A stretch of 5,183 nucleotides of DNA from Ascoidea asiatica JCM 7603 (taxonomy: Eukaryota; Fungi; Ascomycota), in contig BCKQ01000012.1 of NCBI GenBank assembly GCA_001600695.1, forward strand, positions 384,579 through 389,761, in the 5' to 3' direction. Numbering within the stretch: the first letter of the stretch is position 1; every line of letters begins with the position of its first letter. Positions 1-5,183 of the stretch are shown piece after piece. Position numbers and translations under genes: made by a program. The notes under the pieces are model-generated. The model was not told the DNA's origin, searched no databases, and worked only from the letters and a program-made list of their open reading frames with translations.

Positions 1-1362
1 ATGGAAACTAGCGTGTGTGATTCATCAATGACTATGGTATCAATTTCAACTTCTTCTTCTTCTTCTTCAGCATGTACTCCTTTTGTAACAGAGATTACAA
101 GTACTGATTCGGATGGAAGCACTGTGAATATAAAAGAAACTTTATTTTATTCTGAAATAGCCTCCAGTGGAACTATAGGTAAAAGCTTTTGCGAAGAGGT
201 AAGTAAACTAGAAACGAAGATTATAAATACTGTTTCCTATTTTTCTTCACCTTATTTTTCTTCTTCCAGTATGCTAACAATTCCATCCACATCAACTTCT
301 CGTACTATGCCTGTTAGTACATCGATACCAACTGATTCTTTTGGAAGTTCAGTGGAAATAACTAAAACTCTTTTATACAGTTTACTTTCAAGTAATGGTG
401 TTGTTTTAACTAGTGTTTCTACTTCTGAACCCAGTTCAACAATTTTCACATCAACAAATTCGGATTCTTCATCCAATTCAAATTCAAACCAAAAGACTAA
501 AAGTAACCAATTTCCATTTCCAAGTGAATCTGAAGGGATATTATCGACAGATATCCAAATTTCAACATATAATTCCTTAATTACTTCCAATACTGTAATT
601 AGTGATAGTTTTGAAGAGAGCACTAAATATTCAACTATTTTAACTAAAAATAGGTATGCTTATTCATCTGGCTATTCAATTGCATTCAAAACTGAATCTG
701 AAACTATATCAGAATCCTTAAATTATGAAGCAAGTATTTCAAGCTTCACAACTTCAATTCCAACTAGTGACTCTTCTAGTTCTTTACTAAAAATAATTGA
801 TTTAGTTAATTCCGACAGTGCTAGTGTTGGAGTGGATTCTCAATTAAAAGAAACTGAATCAATCTACTCAAGTACATTAACAGATAAAGCAAGCACACGT
901 ACAGTATATTCTAATTCTATTTCTTCGGATGTGTCAAATTTAAGTAATGCAGTCAGTATAACAATAGCACATTCAGCAAGTGGATATTCTAATGGAGAAC
1001 TTACTTCTTCATTATATAATTATGAAACATTGGGTGCATTAGAAGATATCCAGTCATCAGAATTCACTGATAGTCATAATAGATCAGTGTATGAAACTAA
1101 TAGTGAATATGGTAATACAATTATGGAACCAACAGTTAGTTTGAGTTCTTTTGACACATTATCAACTTCTACTCTTATAAGGTCGTCTATAGCTAATAAT
1201 ACTATAGATACTAATAATGGAAAAGTATTTGCTACTGGAACTTCATCATTGATTGAAACAACAGGAAATTCAATGTCATTTGTTGAATCTAATTCTGGTA
1301 ATAGTTTAACTGCTTCAAGATTTTTGATTATTTTATCCTCAATTCTTTTATTTTTCGTTTAA
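1..1362 (+). CDS. Ser/Thr-rich GPI-anchored cell-surface glycoprotein (adhesin/flocculin-like stalk); probably 5'-incomplete
   Basis: 453-aa open frame dominated by Ser/Thr. C-terminus ...SFVESNSGNSLTASRFLIILSSILLFFV* has small residues (candidate omega site N431, nt 1291-1293), a polar spacer and a terminal hydrophobic stretch, as expected for a GPI signal. The N-terminus (METSVCDSSMTMV) is not a signal peptide and the ATG is at the window edge. Confidence 0.85.
   Translation: METSVCDSSMTMVSISTSSSSSSACTPFVTEITSTDSDGSTVNIKETLFYSEIASSGTIGKSFCEEVSKLETKIINTVSYFSSPYFSSSSMLTIPSTSTSRTMPVSTSIPTDSFGSSVEITKTLLYSLLSSNGVVLTSVSTSEPSSTIFTSTNSDSSSNSNSNQKTKSNQFPFPSESEGILSTDIQISTYNSLITSNTVISDSFEESTKYSTILTKNRYAYSSGYSIAFKTESETISESLNYEASISSFTTSIPTSDSSSSLLKIIDLVNSDSASVGVDSQLKETESIYSSTLTDKASTRTVYSNSISSDVSNLSNAVSITIAHSASGYSNGELTSSLYNYETLGALEDIQSSEFTDSHNRSVYETNSEYGNTIMEPTVSLSSFDTLSTSTLIRSSIANNTIDTNNGKVFATGTSSLIETTGNSMSFVESNSGNSLTASRFLIILSSILLFFV
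52..66 (+). repeat. (TCT)5 microsatellite encoding poly-Ser
   Basis: tcttcttcttcttct read directly, in frame, followed by tca. Confidence 0.8.
79..399 (+). repeat. Two degenerate ~30-aa intragenic repeats in the GPI protein (nt 79-171 and 310-399), with a partial third at 745-780
   Basis: PFVTEITSTDSDGSTVNIKETLFYSEIASSG vs PVSTSIPTDSFGSSVEITKTLLYSLLSSNG share TDSxGSxVxIxxTLxYSxxxSxG; FTTSIPTSDSSS is a partial echo. Confidence 0.7.
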
Positions 1363-1846
1363 TAGTTTATAATATCTTTTTTTTACCTTAGTCATTATTC
1401 AAATTCTCTCTGAACAACTACTTTATAAAAAATTTTATTGAAAATAACAAATATTTTAATTCTTAATTTTTTTGTGTTGTCTGGTAGGTTTTAAATCAAT
1501 CTTTTTGTCATTGCCATTTTTATAATAATTTGCATTTTTTTGGCTCATTTATTCCAAATTTTAAGCTAAATTTGAAATATTTTAGTAGAATAATTCTCTA
1601 CGAATTGTTTTATTATACTAATTTTTTTTATAAAGAGTTGTTTTATTTTGATATATAGTATTTTGATATATAGTATTTTAAATATTTAGATATAAAGTAA
1701 TGTTATAAAATAAGTTTTTCAAGACCTGTATGTAACTTTTTTTTTTTTAACCGACGAATTGAATGCGAAAAACCCCAAAATGAATGAGGAGAAGAATTTA
1801 GAAATAAAATAAAATTGAATTAAATTAAATCAAATTAAAAATAAAT
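1363..1846. terminator. Shared convergent 3'-end/terminator region of genes 1 and 2
   Basis: Lies between two convergent stop codons; extremely AT-rich, with TATATA (within 1644-1679) and TATGTA (near 1729) yeast efficiency-element-like words and long T runs. Actual poly(A) sites cannot be located. Confidence 0.6.
1644..1679. repeat. 15-bp tandem repeat, 2.4 copies (TATTTTGATATATAG)
   Basis: 1644-1658 and 1659-1673 are identical, followed by TATTTT. Confidence 0.9.
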
Positions 1847-2368
1847 TTAAGTTGATTTTTTTAAACTAAGTGGTTTACATTCTTTATTAGCTTTTAATCT
1901 AAGAATTGCATATTCACTTTGAGAATAACTATAAGGATCAGAAACATTTTTACAAGCATAATAAGTTTCTAAAGAACCATCATTTAATAAATAACCTTCA
2001 GAATCAAAAAAGAAATTATTTTCAGGTTCAATTACACTTAATTGTAAGAAATTTTCAGCACCAGATGTAAAAGAAACAAAAGCTTCAATATTTGAACCAT
2101 ACATATTAGAAGTTAAATAATCATGACCTGTAGTTTTATTAAAAGTTAAATTTTGACTTGATGAAGATTCACCAATAAAGAAATAATTAATACCTGCACC
2201 TTCATGAATTGCATTAATACCAAAAGTATGAATATCTGGATAATCAGGAGCATCAACAACTAAAGATACAGTTTCAGATGTTGAAGTTGAAGTTGTTGTT
2301 GAATCTGGAATTGCAGCAGCAGAAGCAATTGAGATTGAAGCTAAGATACTTAAGAGTTGAAATTGCAT
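1847..2368 (-). CDS. RHD3: Secreted cell wall protein of the RHD3(PGA29)/PGA30/PGA31 family, without a GPI tail (family-level call, exact orthologue uncertain)
   Basis: Signal peptide MQFQLLSILASISIASAAA and short Thr-rich linker. Motifs IHEGAGINYFFIG (HEGAGINY at nt 2206-2183) and YACKNVSDPYSYSQSEYA match my recollection of Candida Rhd3/Pga30/Pga31 motifs (HEGAxIxYxFL; KNVNDPYxYSxSEYA). Two Cys; N-glycosylation sequons NLT, NKT, NVS; AT-ending codon bias; A-rich start context. Confidence 0.85.
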   Translation of the reverse strand: MQFQLLSILASISIASAAAIPDSTTTSTSTSETVSLVVDAPDYPDIHTFGINAIHEGAGINYFFIGESSSSQNLTFNKTTGHDYLTSNMYGSNIEAFVSFTSGAENFLQLSVIEPENNFFFDSEGYLLNDGSLETYYACKNVSDPYSYSQSEYAILRLKANKECKPLSLKKST

Positions 2369-2515
2369 TTTGAAATTAAAAGTTTTTTGAATAAATTTGA
2401 TTGATTAAAATAGTTGGTAATAATTGAAATAATTGATATAATTGAATTGATTGAATGATTATTAATATAAGAATTGAGAATAATAAAACTTGAATTAATT
2501 GAATAATTCAGTTCC

Positions 2516-2523
2516 TTTTTATA
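2516..2523 (-). promoter_or_regulatory. Candidate TATA box of the RHD3-like gene
   Basis: Minus strand TATAAAAA matches TATAWAWR, about 150 bp upstream of the ATG at 2368. Confidence 0.55.
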
Positions 2524-2747
2524 TTATTATTTTTTTCTTGAAAGTCATCTTAGATTTTCTTTTTTTTCAAATACTTTCCTAAAAAAAGATTGAAAATAAT
2601 TTGAATATCATTTTTTTGAATTAAAAAAATGCTCTTAAACAAGAAAAGAAGTATTAACGTTACATTTTGTTTTATAACTTAAGTTGAATAGTAACTTGAA
2701 TAGAACATCAATAGTTTGAGAAAATAGAAATAGTTTTAATTATAGAA

Positions 2748-2757
2748 GCTTATGTAA
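2748..2757 (-). promoter_or_regulatory. Candidate Cin5/Yap6-type bZIP site TTACATAA(GC), copy 1
   Basis: GCTTATGTAA is the exact reverse complement of 3071-3080. Confidence 0.45.
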
Positions 2758-2930
2758 TTATATCAATTTAATGAGGTCAATTAATAAAAATAATTTGACT
2801 TTGATGTAACTAATAATCGGCTATGATATGTTAATATACAATTAAGAGTTTTATACAATAAAATAAAATAAAGTAAGTGGTAATGATAGAACTTTATTAA
2901 TTATTTGAAATTTTTGAACCCCGTAAAATG

Positions 2931-2943
2931 GGGGCTGAGCCTC
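2931..2943. promoter_or_regulatory. Candidate Crz1 (calcineurin-dependent) elements
   Basis: GGGGCTG on + overlaps GAGGCTCA on - (2936-2943), which matches GNGGCKCA, inside a GC-rich patch in AT-rich DNA. Confidence 0.45.
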
Positions 2944-3070
2944 GAATGAAAGAAAAGTGAATATTCCCTTTTTGAAATAAAGTGATATTTGAATTAATCC
3001 ACATGATGAATAGATTTTCAGATTAAAAGTAAGCTTTATTTTTTTTCTTAGATTTTCTTAGCTATGTTAT

Positions 3071-3080
3071 TTACATAAGC
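3071..3080 (+). promoter_or_regulatory. Candidate Cin5/Yap6-type bZIP site TTACATAA(GC), copy 2
   Basis: TTACATAAGC matches TTACRTAA and is an inverted copy of 2748-2757. Confidence 0.45.
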
Positions 3081-3740
3081 CTGGAGAAATTAAAGTTTCT
3101 TATTTCTCCGTAATGAAAATAAGGTTTGTGGTTCCTGGGCCAGCGCTGCGACCAGTCCAACGGGTCACTACGTCATTTCTGCTCAATTTTCAAAAGGTAC
3201 AAAAAACACAAAAGGCACCATTCAAACCAGCTTAGTAAAATTGTCAAGAAAGAGTGATTTAACTCATTTTCATTTTCATTCAAATTCATTGATGACTGAA
3301 GATATTGGTTTTTCATCCAGCTCAGTTTCCTCCTCTTTTTCTTTTCACTTTGCTGTTTGAAAATAGTGTTCCCCTTCTTCAGTTTTTGAGTGAAAAATCA
3401 ACATACAACGTTGCTCAGCACCGATCTAATTCAATTCTTTATTATTAGAATAATCACATTTTCATTAGAACAATCAATTCAAAGAAAATAATAAAGTTCT
3501 TCGAAGAATCTCTGAATCTCGCAAATCCGAAATCAGCTTTGAAATAGTAATAGATCCAGAAATCTTAATTTTATTTTTTACTTTAAATTATTTTCACTTA
3601 CGAAAAATTAGATCTATTCTTCTCTCATAATGCAATACAGTAAGTAGTAATTCACTAAAGGTACGTTACAGAATCATCGTTAGGAAAAAGAGAGTCAAAT
3701 GTCGTTGATTTAATTTTCCAAGAGCTGAATCTCGACAGAA

Positions 3741-3766
3741 AGATTATTTGAGATTATTTGAGATTA
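3741..3766. repeat. 10-bp tandem repeat, 2.6 copies (AGATTATTTG)
   Basis: agattatttg agattatttg agatta read directly. Confidence 0.85.
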
Positions 3767-4413
3767 ATTTATTTTAATTGAGTTCTTTTCTTTTGATGAC
3801 TGAAATTGCGTTTTTGCGTTCACGGCGCGTTGAAGATACTGCTGGAATATCGTTCACTATCCACACTTTGGGGGTTTGTTCATTCAATTTCTATAACGGG
3901 TTAAGTTGAAGGCTGGTGTGGTCTCACAAGCCTTCGGTGAAAAACACAAAATATAATAAAAGCAACAGTTCTTTAAAGAGGGTTTATCAAATTTTATTTA
4001 TTACTACTGAAAGAAATATTGAATACAGCCACAACTAAATGATAGAAAATATAAATTGGAATAAGATAAAGTAGTTCGCCAAATACTTCTGCTCAAATAT
4101 TGGATGATATGATCATGTTATTTCCCTTTTAAAGACATTTTGCTGACAAGATAGATATAAATCTCTTAAAAAAATAAAGTTAGTTAAAACTGTGAATCTA
4201 AAGAAGTTATTTATTGGCGACTTAACAACAAAATGAAATTCAAGAAATGATAATTTCCTTCCATTTATTATAATAATTAAAAATTACTTATGTTTTCTAT
4301 GTTTTTTTCCATTTTGTATTAATTTAAAACTAAAGCTTAATCTTACTATTTTCATTTTTTGTTTCTAAGGTCATATTCTGAAATTAATTTTCATCTTTGA
4401 AATCTATATGTAG

Positions 4414-4429
4414 TTTCCTAATTGGGAAA
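4414..4429. promoter_or_regulatory. High-affinity-type Mcm1 (MADS-box) site / ECB-like element
   Basis: TTTCCTAATTGGGAAA differs by one base from the symmetric Mcm1 site TTTCCTAATTAGGAAA; the minus strand reads TTTCCCAATTAGGAAA. It lies about 580 bp upstream of the ATG at 5011. Confidence 0.75.
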
Positions 4430-5010
4430 TGTCAATGGATCTTGAATATATCAAATAAACATGATTCTATGTACTTTAAAGTAATGAACTTTTTTATTCA
4501 TCAATATTAAAGAAAAAGAAAGACAAAATTTCAATTATCAAAAAGCGTTCATAGCTTATATTATTTAAATTATTAAAGTATGAATGTTTTATACACTTTC
4601 AAAAGTTTCTTCTCAAAACAATTTTTCACAGTATAATGCTTTTCTTATTCAATTTATCCTCTTACATTTACATTATTATTATTCAATCAAATTATTATCT
4701 AAGATTTTTATGATTGAATTTCTTTTAAGACACAAATGAAATAACTTAAAATTTAAATTAAAAATCTTTCAAATATGATTCACTATTCAAATTTTAAAAA
4801 ATCAAATTCAATCAAAGCTTTAATTTGGTCTTTTATATTTGAGAAGATTTTTAAATTTCCAATGATATAAATTACATCAAAATTTCTCAAATATTTCAAT
4901 GTTTTTTTTCATTATTATTTCATTTATATTCAATCATTATTAATAATAATAAATTAAATTTTTGGATAAAAACAAAAATAAAAATTTAATCAAAATTCAT
5001 TCGTTCAAAA

Positions 5011-5183
5011 ATGAGATTAACTAATTTTACTTTCCTAAGCTGCTTATTACCTTTATTTTTTTCTCTTAATATTAATGCAAGACCTTTAGATATTGATCCA
5101 GATGATATTATCACTGATACTGATTCAGATGTTTATGTAACTGAAACCACTGATGTTACTGTTACCGATACTACAACCTACAC
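5011..5183 (+). CDS. Secreted/cell-surface protein, N-terminal part only (runs off the window)
   Basis: Frame open to the window end: MRLTNFTFLSCLLPLFFSLNINARPLDIDPDDIITDTDSDVYVTETTDVTVTDTTTY... It has a signal peptide with likely cleavage after INA, AAAA immediately before ATG, and host-like gat/act/gtt codons. Confidence 0.8.
   Translation, partial: MRLTNFTFLSCLLPLFFSLNINARPLDIDPDDIITDTDSDVYVTETTDVTVTDTTTY

Noticed and set aside
199-317. Possible intron in gene 1 (GTAAGT at 199, TGCTAAC at 272, TAG at 315-317)
   Set aside because: The frame is open through it with matching composition; removing 119 nt would shift the frame and cut into the second protein repeat.
252-623. 123-aa minus-strand ORF from the track
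   Set aside because: Entirely antisense to the Ser/Thr-rich gene; a shadow frame expected from its biased codons, with no recognisable motif.
3113-3235. 40-codon ORF MKIRFVVPGPALRPVQRVTTSFLLNFQKVQKTQKAPFKPA
   Set aside because: GC-rich codons unlike the three real genes; stays open because it crosses the GC island; no motif.
3289-3360. Box C/D snoRNA starting at TGATGA
   Set aside because: Apart from the CTGA immediately adjacent, the next CTGA is at 3512; no terminal stem and no rRNA-complementary guide that I recognise.
3453-3535. Point-centromere-like CDEI (ATCACATT) and CCGAAA
   Set aside because: CDEI is mismatched, the spacer is too short and not uniformly AT, and the CDEIII context is absent.
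3905-3945. tRNA gene suggested by GGCTGGTGTGGTCT
   Set aside because: No B-box (GTTCRA) or cloverleaf follows; only a single hairpin.
4046-4056. 11/11 ARS consensus match (ATTTATATTTT on minus)
   Set aside because: Expected by chance at this AT content, and the consensus is specific to Saccharomyces-like origins.
4100-4720. Small a-factor-like pheromone ORF near the Mcm1 operator
   Set aside because: The short ATG-initiated ORFs I read leading away from the site on each strand do not end in a CAAX motif.
5041-5090. Frameshift at the T7 run in the 5011 ORF
   Set aside because: Careful counting gives TTA TTT TTT TCT CTT AAT, so the frame is intact.

Overview
Very AT-rich fungal DNA, most consistent with a budding yeast (Saccharomycotina); the species cannot be determined. 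The window holds three cell-surface protein genes. (1) 1-1362 (+): a Ser/Thr-rich protein with a C-terminal GPI-anchor signal and degenerate internal repeats, but no signal peptide at the visible ATG, so probably the 3' part of a longer adhesin/flocculin-like gene. (2) 2368-1847 (-): a secreted RHD3/PGA29-PGA30-PGA31-family wall protein that lacks the family's usual GPI tail. (3) 5011->5183 (+): a 3'-truncated ORF absent from the supplied track, with a signal peptide followed by Thr/Asp/Val-rich sequence. Genes 2 and 3 are divergent across about 2.64 kb of intergenic DNA with GC-richer islands. The most striking element there is a 31-bp site (4407-4437): a near-perfect Mcm1 palindrome flanked by an alpha2-type half-site on one side and a MATa2-like motif at 4-bp spacing on the other, resembling a hybrid a-specific-gene operator. 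Candidate Crz1, Cin5/Yap6 and Ndt80 sites, a 12-bp direct repeat heading two micro-ORFs, and a hairpin-rich island (possible ncRNA) are also present. All regulatory calls are by-eye motif matches and untested.
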